From an uncultured bacterium (GTDB taxonomy: Bacteria > Margulisbacteria > WOR-1 > CAVSGV01), in assembly GCA_963727815.1 (NCBI GenBank), contig CAVSGV010000006.1, positions 170,956-234,955 of the forward strand: a stretch of 64,000 bases of DNA, read 5' to 3'. A program made the position numbers and the translations under genes. Under the pieces are notes generated by a model. The model had not been told where the DNA came from and did no database searches. It was given only the letters and a program-made list of their open reading frames with translations. Below are positions 9,330 through 18,199 of this stretch, one piece after another. Each line of letters starts with the position of its first letter. Position 1 is the first letter of the stretch.

Positions 9330-9689
9330 CTAGCTTCTAGATACCAGTATCACTCCTACACATATAGTGATTATCCCAAGCCACCTGATGAGCGAGACAT
9401 TCTCCTTGAAAACGAAAAATGAGAAGAGCGCCACAATGACGTACGCCACGCTGACTATGGGATAGGCCAGGCTGAGTTCTATGCGCGAGAGCACCACAAG
9501 CCAGAAAACGGAGCTGAGCGCGTACAGGAAAATGCCGAGGAACACGAACGGCTGGAACACTATCGCAAAAAAGCGCGTAAAAAGCTCGGTGATCGGGAAT
9601 TTCCCCACCATCATCATGCCCTGTTTCATGAAGAGCTGGCCCGCTATGGCAAGGCCTATCGATATGAACATCATGAGGAAATTGCCCAT
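9330..9689 (-). CDS. small 4-TM SMR/EamA-like membrane protein (ArnE/ArnF-like flippase subunit candidate)
   Basis: 119 aa and highly hydrophobic. It is translationally coupled to the downstream-overlapping GT2 gene. Confidence 0.55.
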   Translation of the reverse strand: MGNFLMMFISIGLAIAGQLFMKQGMMMVGKFPITELFTRFFAIVFQPFVFLGIFLYALSSVFWLVVLSRIELSLAYPIVSVAYVIVALFSFFVFKENVSLIRWLGIITICVGVILVSRS

Positions 9690-10438
9690 TATTTTGCCCC
9701 CTTCTTTGTCTTTCCGGCCAGCTTAGCGCTATAAAGCATGCCGAGCTGCTTCAGGTATTCGATGATCTGCTTGCTTCCCAGTTTGCTCTTGCCGCCTTCC
9801 CTGTCGTTGAAAACGATTGGGACCTCCTTCACCTTTGAGTAATTGCCCTTCACCAGTATTTCCAAAAGTATCTTGAACCCGATGGGATTGATGTTGTCCA
9901 CGCCGTCCATCACAGATTTTTTCAGCATGAAGAAACCGGAAGTGTTGTCTTTTACCTTTGTGAGGGGTTTCGCGAGAAGCTGGGCGAATTTCGATCCCGC
10001 TCTCCTGTACCACGGCCAATTTGTGGAGCCTCCGCCTTCAGCAACGCGGCTTGCCACGACAAGGTCGGCTTCTCCGCTTGTGATGGCTTTCAGCATTTCG
10101 GGGATGGCTTCCGGCGGATGCGACATGTCCGCGTCCATTACGCAGTAAATGTCGCCTGCGGCTACCTTGAAACCGTTGAGGACCGCGGACGCCAGGCCGA
10201 TCTTTTTCGGTCTCCTGACGACCTTCAGGTCGTATTTCGACATGAGCGCTTCGGCTATCTGTCCGGTGCCGTCCGGCGAGTTGTCATCGACGATGACAAC
10301 TTCGTACTGGATGTAATTTGGCTTGAGCGCCCTGAAAATGCGCGTCAGAAGCTCATCGATGTTTTTGCTTTCATTATATGTTGGGACGATGATGCTTAAC
10401 ATTTGGTCAATTCTACTGTAATAAAACATTATTGGCAA
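9689..10438 (-). CDS. GT2 polyprenol-phosphate glycosyltransferase (Dpm1/ArnC-like)
   Basis: SIIVPTYNE...VVIVDDNSPDGT...DADMSHPP motifs. The start may instead be the ATG at 10402. Confidence 0.85.
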   Translation of the reverse strand: MPIMFYYSRIDQMLSIIVPTYNESKNIDELLTRIFRALKPNYIQYEVVIVDDNSPDGTGQIAEALMSKYDLKVVRRPKKIGLASAVLNGFKVAAGDIYCVMDADMSHPPEAIPEMLKAITSGEADLVVASRVAEGGGSTNWPWYRRAGSKFAQLLAKPLTKVKDNTSGFFMLKKSVMDGVDNINPIGFKILLEILVKGNYSKVKEVPIVFNDREGGKSKLGSKQIIEYLKQLGMLYSAKLAGKTKKGAK

Positions 10439-10533
10439 TAGCCGTAAATATCGATCTGCAGTGAAATTAATCCAAATATTTTTCGATAATTATATAGTGG
10501 GGATTCTTGATCTAATCATGAGGAGGATTTAAT

Positions 10534-10962
10534 ATGAATGTCAGTGCTGCCGTATCGTTTAATGGTGGTTGGAATAATATAAAATTCCCGATTGGAAAAG
10601 ATTCTGAGCAATACTGTCAATTGCCGCAAGTCTTAGACCAATACGGATTCACCAAGATTGACGTGACTTTTGTCGGAAGTAAACTGGATCCAAATGAGCG
10701 GACATTCAAAGCATTTATCGGGTTGGATAAAAACTCACGGGTCTACCTGATGAAGATCGATGGTGAATCGCGATCGAATGTTCGTAATCTTAACAATGCT
10801 TTGACCCTATTCAAACTTAAGGGCGTAAAAGAAGTTCAAATTGTCGTTGAAAACTCGCATATTTGTACGGTGGCAGATACGATATACATATATGCTTCCG
10901 ACAAGAAAACAGGTACTCTATTAGTCGAGCTAACTGCATCTCAACTTCAACCATCAAAATAA
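10534..10962 (+). CDS. hypothetical protein (low-GC DNA)
   Basis: 142-aa ORF with a GGAGG ribosome-binding site upstream and no recognisable domain. Confidence 0.45.
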   Translation: MNVSAAVSFNGGWNNIKFPIGKDSEQYCQLPQVLDQYGFTKIDVTFVGSKLDPNERTFKAFIGLDKNSRVYLMKIDGESRSNVRNLNNALTLFKLKGVKEVQIVVENSHICTVADTIYIYASDKKTGTLLVELTASQLQPSK

Positions 10963-11922
10963 TCACTTAAGGTATTGGTCGAAGAATTTGACCGATCTTT
11001 GCATCACAAGCGGCCAGGCGTTGATGAACTCGTGCGGCTCACCCGAGTAGATATATAACGTTACGTTCTTCCCCTTTGCTTTCAGCGCTTCGTCGAGCTT
11101 CATCGTCCAATCCGGCGAGACGTCCTTGTCTGCCGTTCCCTGGTGGATCATTACCGGCTCGGTGACGTTGGCTAGGAAAGTTTTGGGCGAGATGTTGTCC
11201 CAGAAAGCCGGATTCACCTCCGGCGAACCGTAGAGCGCGATTATCTTCAGTCTTGCCGCGGGCGAGCCGTATTTCCTCAGCGTTCTGGGCGACCGGTTCG
11301 CGATGTAGCGGTTGAAATTATCCCTGTAATCCATGCTGATGGGCGCAAAGAGAACATAGGCTTTCACGAGCCCGGGTTTCGATACCATCATGTTCAATGC
11401 CACTCCTCCGCCGAGAGAATGTCCGAGAAGACCAATGTTCTCCTTGTCGATGAACTTGAAATTGGAATTCCTGATCGCATAGACAGCGTTGATGACATCC
11501 TCTGTATAGCCGAGGTTGAGGCGCAGGTTGTTGTCCGGATCCTTGTCGGAGCCGTCATTATTCCTGTAGTCCGGATGAAGGACAACGTAGCCGTGGCGAG
11601 CGAGGTAATCCTGCTCCCGTTTCAATCCGCGGCCGGTAGTGTAATACCTCGGCTCAACGAAACCGTGGGCGGTTATAACGACCGGGAACGGCCCCTCACC
11701 CTTAGGCACGTCCATTATTCCGGATATCTTCAGCTTTCCGCTCATGTAGGATATGTAAAAGCGGGTATATGTGTCTCTCTTATATTCGATCCCGCCGAGC
11801 TTCAGGTCCCTGCCGTCGAATTTTTCGGACATGATGTAAGGAAGGGAAACGTTCTCGCCCACCGCGAATGCCGCACAGGCGATGAAGATAGATAAAATGA
11901 ATATCAGGTGAGCTTTCTTCAT
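10963..11922 (-). CDS. secreted alpha/beta hydrolase, S9 prolyl-oligopeptidase/dienelactone hydrolase-like
   Basis: Signal peptide, a GHSLGG nucleophile elbow and a C-terminal HQGTADKDV...EPHEF region. Confidence 0.8.
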   Translation of the reverse strand: MKKAHLIFILSIFIACAAFAVGENVSLPYIMSEKFDGRDLKLGGIEYKRDTYTRFYISYMSGKLKISGIMDVPKGEGPFPVVITAHGFVEPRYYTTGRGLKREQDYLARHGYVVLHPDYRNNDGSDKDPDNNLRLNLGYTEDVINAVYAIRNSNFKFIDKENIGLLGHSLGGGVALNMMVSKPGLVKAYVLFAPISMDYRDNFNRYIANRSPRTLRKYGSPAARLKIIALYGSPEVNPAFWDNISPKTFLANVTEPVMIHQGTADKDVSPDWTMKLDEALKAKGKNVTLYIYSGEPHEFINAWPLVMQRSVKFFDQYLK

Positions 11923-12223
11923 AAGCAGGGGGATTATAATGTATCAAGAGTGATAATTCAATTACCCGCATGATCATGAAATTTATACCATCCGTGAACG
12001 ATATATATGTGGGAGGCTCACGCAAATGGCCCATGATCAGCCTGTATCAATATCTAAAGATGCATCAATAAAAAATCAAGCCTGCCGCCCGCGAACGGTT
12101 AACGGGAACGGCTGCAAAGCTGTTTCCTCACGCAAGATTTTTTATCCTGACAAAACATGGTTGAAACGTTTTTCGCAGGTCCCGGTGGACAGGAGCGCCG
12201 AAGCGACCAGAGGCCCGGCATTC

Positions 12224-12952
12224 ATGAAGTTGTTCATGAGCGGCGGCAGGAAGGTGATAGTCGTTTATCTGCGGCACGGCTCGGAGCTTGGCGCGCGGTT
12301 CATGGAACAGAGAGCGCTTCGCGCGGTAAAGGACGGCAGGTCGTGGCTTTTCTGTTTTGAGGGCATCGATCCCGGTTCGCCGGAAAGGTTCAAAAGAAGG
12401 GTCGTTGAGATGGTCGCGCCGGTCGAGAAGGCCGTTAAACTAAAGATCGGGATAGCGGACCCTATAGTGGGCATGTCGGAGGGGGCGGCGATCAATAAAT
12501 GTTTGAAGGACAACCCGGACATTACGAGGAACGATATTGCCGGAGCCATCTTCATCGCCAGGGTGAACTCTTTCCTCAGGCCGGACTTGCCCGAATCGGA
12601 GATGAAAACCCTGGTGGCCCAGCTTGCTAATGACCTCGGCCGGCCGGTAAGTGAAATAAATGATGTACGCGAGAGGCTTAACTATCTGTTTAACGCCGAT
12701 CCCAAGACGAGCAAGGAAACGTCCGATAAGATAACCGCAACGTTCGATAAGCTGAACATCGCGAGCAACGAACTATCCCGAGAGGTGATGGATTCCGCGC
12801 TTGTCGATCACCCGGACAAGAACCTGATATTCCTCATCGGCGGAGATCATTACCCGACGCTCCGCGGCCTGCTTGATAAATACGGATTTATCGAAGAGGT
12901 CGGATATTCTGACGGAATGAACTACGTTCCTCCTTCGGACGGCGGCATGTAA
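12224..12952 (+). CDS. TraB/GumN family protein (tentative)
   Basis: VIVVYLRHGSELGA ... NLIFLIGGDHYPTLRGLLDKYGF resembles the TraB/GumN N- and C-terminal signatures. The long ORF starts at 12026 but the likely start is 12224. Confidence 0.45.
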   Translation: MKLFMSGGRKVIVVYLRHGSELGARFMEQRALRAVKDGRSWLFCFEGIDPGSPERFKRRVVEMVAPVEKAVKLKIGIADPIVGMSEGAAINKCLKDNPDITRNDIAGAIFIARVNSFLRPDLPESEMKTLVAQLANDLGRPVSEINDVRERLNYLFNADPKTSKETSDKITATFDKLNIASNELSREVMDSALVDHPDKNLIFLIGGDHYPTLRGLLDKYGFIEEVGYSDGMNYVPPSDGGM

Positions 12953-12987
12953 TTAGGATCCATTATTTTCCCTCCCTTATCTTTCTG

Positions 12988-13800
12988 ATGGCAAATGTTC
13001 TTAAAAAGCGTTATATTTGGCGCTTAAAGGGGGCGGATAAAATGGATTATTTCAAAAGCTGTTTCGATCAGGTGAACGTTTTCGACGGGATAGTTCTGCT
13101 TCTAGCGCTGGTGTTTCTGGCGGGTATCGCCACGCTGATGCTGTTCAACGTCCACGCAGGATTCTCCATTTCCCTGGTGCTTGCTGTTATCCTGGTGGCT
13201 CTGCTGATATGCCTGGCGCTTTCATCTTACTGGCCGGAAGCGGTTAAGAACATTTATCTGTTCGGGATAATGCTCTGGATAACCACGTTCATGCTTTTCG
13301 TCAGCCTTTACAGGACGCTTTTCCCGAAAGTGGAACTTTTCGGTTCGCTGTTCGGCAAATCGAACATTTATTATCTGATACCGTTCATCGCGTGTCTCAT
13401 CACTCTGTGGTGGAACCTGCGTCTGCTTGCGACAAAAGAAGGCTCATCGAAGGAGGCTTCCGAGAACGAGCTGACGCAGCTGAAGTTCGTGGAGAGGAAC
13501 GGATTTTATCTGATCCTCGCGATAATGGCGGTGTTCCTTTTCCTGGGCACGAACATCATCCAGAACATCCGGCGCTTCCATCTCTCGCCGTTCTTCTATC
13601 TTTTTATGCTGTCGTCCATCGGAATTCAAGCCTGCGGGGTGCTTCCTCTCGTCTGGGCGCCGGCGAATGATGTGAAGAGGCTCGCATGGATCCGTCATTT
13701 TAAAACGGTCTGGTACACGATATCGATCTATGTTTTTCTTTTTGGGATAATAGCTTTGGGAAAAAGTTTAGTGCCGGGTGTGATAAGCATATTGAAGTAG
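12988..13800 (+). CDS. hypothetical polytopic membrane protein
   Basis: Seven or more hydrophobic helices. The start may be the Met at 13042. Confidence 0.5.
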   Translation: MANVLKKRYIWRLKGADKMDYFKSCFDQVNVFDGIVLLLALVFLAGIATLMLFNVHAGFSISLVLAVILVALLICLALSSYWPEAVKNIYLFGIMLWITTFMLFVSLYRTLFPKVELFGSLFGKSNIYYLIPFIACLITLWWNLRLLATKEGSSKEASENELTQLKFVERNGFYLILAIMAVFLFLGTNIIQNIRRFHLSPFFYLFMLSSIGIQACGVLPLVWAPANDVKRLAWIRHFKTVWYTISIYVFLFGIIALGKSLVPGVISILK

Positions 13801-13924
13801 ACCGATAATTATCGTCCCTCGAGATTCACTCAATAGATCATGCTATTGAACGCATTTCACTATTTTTCATTTTTTCTGGTATTTTTCCATTTTTATTACG
13901 AATAATATACCTGTGGAATAAATT

Positions 13925-14461
13925 ATGGCAACAAAGATAAATTTATTATCATATTATCAGATGGCTCCGATCTACAGGCAAATTCCAGTGTCCTGCCCTG
14001 CAACCAAAAAAGAGTTCGAGAATGAAGCTGTGAAAAGTGTTTTTGGAGCGGATCTATTGACGCAAATGATCAGTCTTCCAAAAATGTGCAGAATTAGCCC
14101 CGTGGGAACTATATTCTTGACGATCGGAGCACTCATAACCTATTTGTCAACAGATACAGCTGTAAAGTATCCCATAGATACTATTATAAACGGAACATTT
14201 GGTATAATGGTTATGTTGGTCGGCAAATATATTATGTGGAACAAACACATTCCTGCTTACGTACATGCACGGACATTTTTGCTGAAACACGGTTATCATT
14301 CAAATTTTATCAAGTTTTATTTCAATTCTTGGTGCGGAATTAATATCATTAAGTTGGCTTCTAAAGAAACCGGACATTTTAAAGAATACAAAAACCAATA
14401 TCAAATGGAAGGATGCAAATGGAATGAGATCGGTCGAGGTGGACATGGGGAGGTTTTATGA
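13925..14461 (+). CDS. hypothetical membrane protein (very low GC)
   Basis: 178-aa ORF in roughly 33 % GC DNA with two hydrophobic segments. Confidence 0.4.
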   Translation: MATKINLLSYYQMAPIYRQIPVSCPATKKEFENEAVKSVFGADLLTQMISLPKMCRISPVGTIFLTIGALITYLSTDTAVKYPIDTIINGTFGIMVMLVGKYIMWNKHIPAYVHARTFLLKHGYHSNFIKFYFNSWCGINIIKLASKETGHFKEYKNQYQMEGCKWNEIGRGGHGEVL

Positions 14462-14482
14462 GCTTCATTTTCTATGAATTTT

Positions 14483-14899
14483 TTACAGTATTTTAAACGC
14501 TTTTAATCCTTCTTTCGCCCTCACTACCGCTCTACCCTTCTTATACTGCCCTACCGAATAAAGATAGGAACTTCCGCTTGATCTTACCATCTTGTAACTT
14601 CCCCCGCCGAAAGACTTGATCGAACCTTTTGCGGTGTTCATGACCCAGTTCGGATCATCCGCCGGTGAGTGGGGATTATCCGTGAACCAGAGCGGATTGT
14701 TGGCGATCGTAGACTTCGCGTCCTCAAGTCCCGCCTCCGCAAGATAGAAAGCTTTCTCCTTCTGCACGCAAAGCTCCACCATAGTGCGCTCCGAGAAGAC
14801 CGCCTTCAAAAGTATCACGCCGGTCACGAGAAGCGCCGATATGACAACAAGCACTATGACCAGAACCTGGCCCTTTGACTTAATTCCTCGCATACGCAT
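14483..14899 (-). CDS. minor pseudopilin, short GspK/PilX-like
   Basis: An N-terminal hydrophobic helix GQVLVIVLVVISALLV sits at the end of the H-I-J-K pseudopilin operon. Confidence 0.5.
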   Translation of the reverse strand: MRMRGIKSKGQVLVIVLVVISALLVTGVILLKAVFSERTMVELCVQKEKAFYLAEAGLEDAKSTIANNPLWFTDNPHSPADDPNWVMNTAKGSIKSFGGGSYKMVRSSGSSYLYSVGQYKKGRAVVRAKEGLKAFKIL

Positions 14900-15302
14900 T
14901 AAGGTAATAAACCTCTCCTATCTTTGGAGTTATTTCGATCCTTACCATTTTCGCCGATGGATAAGTAAAACTGAGGCCATTAACTTCATTTTCTATCGTA
15001 AGATAATTCGCGCTGCCGTTCTCTTCGCGCCTCACCTTGTTCTCCATGAATTGATATGTGATATTCCCGATGACAAGCTTTGAGGATGTTGAGGTTGATG
15101 AAACGCCAGAACTTTGTACAAAGTCCGACCATATCCTGTCCGCCACGAACCTAACCGCCTGCGACGAGCTGGAGTTTTCGGAAGTCCTGTTCATCAGCTT
15201 TGCCGAGCCGATAGTGAAATAAAAAAGCGCGCCGATAATGACCAATGACAGCATTATGGATATCAATAGTTCGATGAGAGTAAATGCTCTTGAATATCTC
15301 AT
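14880..15302 (-). CDS. prepilin-type N-terminal cleavage/methylation protein (GspJ/PilW-like)
   Basis: RAFTLIELLISIML class-III signal. Confidence 0.7.
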   Translation of the reverse strand: MRYSRAFTLIELLISIMLSLVIIGALFYFTIGSAKLMNRTSENSSSSQAVRFVADRIWSDFVQSSGVSSTSTSSKLVIGNITYQFMENKVRREENGSANYLTIENEVNGLSFTYPSAKMVRIEITPKIGEVYYLNAYARN

Positions 15303-15619
15303 CAGTATCTTGACCTCATCGTCACGAGCTCGACCCCGTCATACACGGTAATGGAGACCGCATCATTACCCATGGGAGAGACCACGACGGAACCCTTTCC
15401 CTTGTCAAAGCTTACATTATTATATGAGTATAAACTGGTGAATGGCGCTCCGCGGATTACCTCCATCATGCTTTTCGCGTTTATCACAGACCTGGTCAGC
15501 GACCGGGAGGCTCGTATCTGTTTCACGCCGGTGGTCAACATGAGAGTGAACGAGACCGAAAAAATACAAAGAAGGACGGAGGCAACGAGCACTTCTATGA
15601 GAGTAAAAGCTTTATTCAA
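15302..15619 (-). CDS. prepilin-type minor pseudopilin (GspI/PilV-like)
   Basis: KAFTLIEVLVASVLL. Confidence 0.7.
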   Translation of the reverse strand: MNKAFTLIEVLVASVLLCIFSVSFTLMLTTGVKQIRASRSLTRSVINAKSMMEVIRGAPFTSLYSYNNVSFDKGKGSVVVSPMGNDAVSITVYDGVELVTMRSRY

Positions 15620-16031
15620 TTCTGACTCGCCCCGTTGAAGAAACGATTATCTTTTTCTCGGTGGTATATCCTTTTATGGTAAGAGTACCGCTCCCGCCAA
15701 CGTCCGGGTCGCCCGACGGCGAAAAACTGAAATAACTTTTCCCGTCGAACTGGTATTTGGAAGCGATGGACGACGTTTTGTTCACGTCGCTGCCCTGGGT
15801 CACCGTGTATTCGCCGCTGCCAAGCTTGAAATCTATCCTGCATGGTTCGTGCAGGGTCTGCGCCAGCGTCTGCGCCATTCTGACGTCGATGAACACCTTG
15901 TTCACAGTGGACCAGTATTCCAGCGAATCCTTCAGGCGCATGATGCCGTTGAAGGAAAAAGAAATGAGCACGGCGATGATGCCGATCACTGCCACAATCT
16001 CGATCAGCGTATATGCCCTGCTCTTATACAT
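15612..16031 (-). CDS. prepilin-type minor pseudopilin (GspH/FimT-like)
   Basis: RAYTLIEIVAVIGIIAVL. The start was chosen at 16031 to avoid overlap with ychF. Confidence 0.7.
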   Translation of the reverse strand: MYKSRAYTLIEIVAVIGIIAVLISFSFNGIMRLKDSLEYWSTVNKVFIDVRMAQTLAQTLHEPCRIDFKLGSGEYTVTQGSDVNKTSSIASKYQFDGKSYFSFSPSGDPDVGGSGTLTIKGYTTEKKIIVSSTGRVRIE

Positions 16032-17106
16032 TGAATTTGAATATGACAACGTCGCCGTCCTTCATCACGTATGTCTTGCCTTCCGTCCGCACTCTTCCCT
16101 TTGTCTTCGCCTCGGTCCATCCGCCGCAATCAACGAGGTCCTTCCAGTTGATGACGTCCGCCGCTATGAACCCTCTCTCGAAATCGGTATGTATGGCGCC
16201 GGCGGCTTTCGGTGCGGTGTCGCCCTTGTTGATCGTCCATGCCTTCGTTTCTTTCTCGCCGGAGGTGAAATAGTTCATCAATCCCAGAGCGGAATACGCT
16301 TCCTTTATGAGCCGGTCGAGGCCGGAGGTCTTTACGTTCAGGCTCTCGAGGTACTGCTTTTTTTCTTCGTCGGAGAGTTCGTTCAGCTGTTCCTCTATCT
16401 TCGCGCTGATGGGAATGAAATGGAAAGTCCTTCCCTGATGCGTTCTTGACGCCTCGAAGCTCGCAAGTTCGTCCTCGGCCACGTTCGCAACGTATAATAT
16501 GCTCTTCTGGGTCATGAGCGACAGCTCCTTGGTCAGCTCCATTTCCTTTTCATCAAGCTGCGCCTCCCTCGCGTTCTTTCCCGCTTCAAGAAGGGCTTTG
16601 ATCTTGCCGAGCGCTACTTTAGTGATCTTCGCGTTCATGTCTCCGGATTTTACCTCCCTGTCCAGCGAAGTATATCTTTTTTCCACGGTGGAGAGGTCCG
16701 CAAGCTGGAGTTCTGTTTCGATGACGCCGATGTCATCGAAGGGATCGAGCTTCCCTGAGACGTGAACGACGTTCGGGTCGCCGAAAAATCGGACGACCAT
16801 CGCGATGGCCTGGCACTCCCGGATGTTGGAGAGGAATTTATTGCCCAGCCCCTCGCCTTTCGACGCGCCTTTAACAAGTCCGGCGATGTCAACGAATTCT
16901 ACGACCGCGGGAACAACTTTAACGGATTTCGATACTTTTGCCAGAGGAGCAAGCCTTTCTTCGGGCACTTCGACTATTCCGATATTTGGGTCTATCGTGC
17001 AGAAAGGATAATTCGCCGCCTGCGCGTGGCTCCCTTTCACCAGAGCGTTAAAGAGAGTTGATTTGCCAACGTTGGGCATTCCGACTATTCCGATCTTGAG
17101 GTTCAT
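16024..17106 (-). CDS. ychF: ribosome-binding ATPase YchF
   Basis: GIVGMPNVGKSTLFNAL... and a TGS C-terminus, 360 aa. Confidence 0.95.
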   Translation of the reverse strand: MNLKIGIVGMPNVGKSTLFNALVKGSHAQAANYPFCTIDPNIGIVEVPEERLAPLAKVSKSVKVVPAVVEFVDIAGLVKGASKGEGLGNKFLSNIRECQAIAMVVRFFGDPNVVHVSGKLDPFDDIGVIETELQLADLSTVEKRYTSLDREVKSGDMNAKITKVALGKIKALLEAGKNAREAQLDEKEMELTKELSLMTQKSILYVANVAEDELASFEASRTHQGRTFHFIPISAKIEEQLNELSDEEKKQYLESLNVKTSGLDRLIKEAYSALGLMNYFTSGEKETKAWTINKGDTAPKAAGAIHTDFERGFIAADVINWKDLVDCGGWTEAKTKGRVRTEGKTYVMKDGDVVIFKFNV

Positions 17107-17951
17107 TTCCCCACCTCGATGTTGTCGATCAATCTCGTTTTCCCGACATAAGCGGCGACGGCTATGACAGTTTTTCCGCGTATTGATGGCTTGTCATCAA
17201 GGGTTTCGGGATCGACTATCGATACGTAGTCTATCTTGATCCCCCGCTGTGTCGATATCATCTTTATCACGGCGGTCTTGATCTTTCCCGCGTTCTTTTC
17301 TCCAGCATCGATCATTTCCTTCGCGAACTTAAGCGATCGGTTGATGATGGCCGCCTTCTCTCTTTCTTCTTTGTTCAGATAAGAGTTCCTCGAGCTCATG
17401 GCTAATCCGTCTGATTCCCGGACTATCGGCATACCAATGACGCTCACGTTCATATTCAGGTCCTTGACCATTTTTTTGATGATGACCAGCTGCTGGAAGT
17501 CTTTGGCGCCGAAATACGCGTTGTCCGGCATGACAATATCGAAAAGTTTTGCAACCACAGTGGCGACGCTCCTGAAATGTCCTGGCCTGCTCGCGCCGCA
17601 CAGCTTGTCCGAAAGGCCTTTGACCTCGACGTAAGTGGCGTGGCCCGGGGGATACATGTCGGATGCATCGGGATGGAAGACCGCGTCGACATTATACTTT
17701 GAAAGTAATTTCAAGTCCCTTTTGAGGTCGCGGGGATATTTTTTCAAGTCCTCTTTCGGCCCGAATTGGGTTGGATTTACGAAAATGCTGACCACCGTGA
17801 CATCGTTCTTCATTTTTGACGCGCGGACCAGCGACAGGTGGCCTTCGTGAAGGTATCCCATCGTCGGGACAAGTCCGATGGTCAGACCCTTTTCCTTTGC
17901 ATCGAGAGAGAATTTCACCATCTGCGGGATGGACCTGATGAGCTTGACCAT
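17103..17951 (-). CDS. panC: pantoate--beta-alanine ligase
   Basis: PTMGYLHEGHLSL...GHFRSVATVV. Confidence 0.95.
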   Translation of the reverse strand: MVKLIRSIPQMVKFSLDAKEKGLTIGLVPTMGYLHEGHLSLVRASKMKNDVTVVSIFVNPTQFGPKEDLKKYPRDLKRDLKLLSKYNVDAVFHPDASDMYPPGHATYVEVKGLSDKLCGASRPGHFRSVATVVAKLFDIVMPDNAYFGAKDFQQLVIIKKMVKDLNMNVSVIGMPIVRESDGLAMSSRNSYLNKEEREKAAIINRSLKFAKEMIDAGEKNAGKIKTAVIKMISTQRGIKIDYVSIVDPETLDDKPSIRGKTVIAVAAYVGKTRLIDNIEVGK

Positions 17952-17954
17952 TTA

Positions 17955-18062
17955 TTTCCCGATGTAGCCTCTGGCAATGAACCAAAGGACGACCGCCAGC
18001 GCGATCGAAAGCAGTTTCAGCGGAAGGTTGTTGAGAAAAAGCGACTTGATGTAATCTTTCAT
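17955..18062 (-). CDS. possible 36-aa membrane peptide MKDYIKSLFLNNLPLKLLSIALAVVLWFIARGYIGK
   Basis: Small ORF whose TAA overlaps the panC ATG (TAAATG coupling). Weak ribosome-binding site. Not in the ORF track because it is shorter than 60 aa. Confidence 0.3.
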
Positions 18063-18126
18063 GCGGTAATTCTATACCTTATGAAAGGACCTGGCAACTC
18101 GCAGAGGCAAGCTATATTAAACGATG

Positions 18127-18197
18127 TGTCATTCTGAGCGCAGCGAAGAATCTGGATTATTAAACACAGACCCTTCGCCTTCGGCTCAGGGTGACAA
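18127..18197. repeat. palindromic MITE-like element, family TGTCAYYCTGAGC...GCTCAGRRTGACAA, copy 1
   Basis: tgtcattctgagcgcagcgaagaatctgg...cagacccttcgccttcggctcagggtgacaa. This long imperfect inverted repeat lies directly 3' of the topA stop. Related copies are at 37014-37075 and 54769-54844. Confidence 0.65.
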
Positions 18198-18199
18198 TA

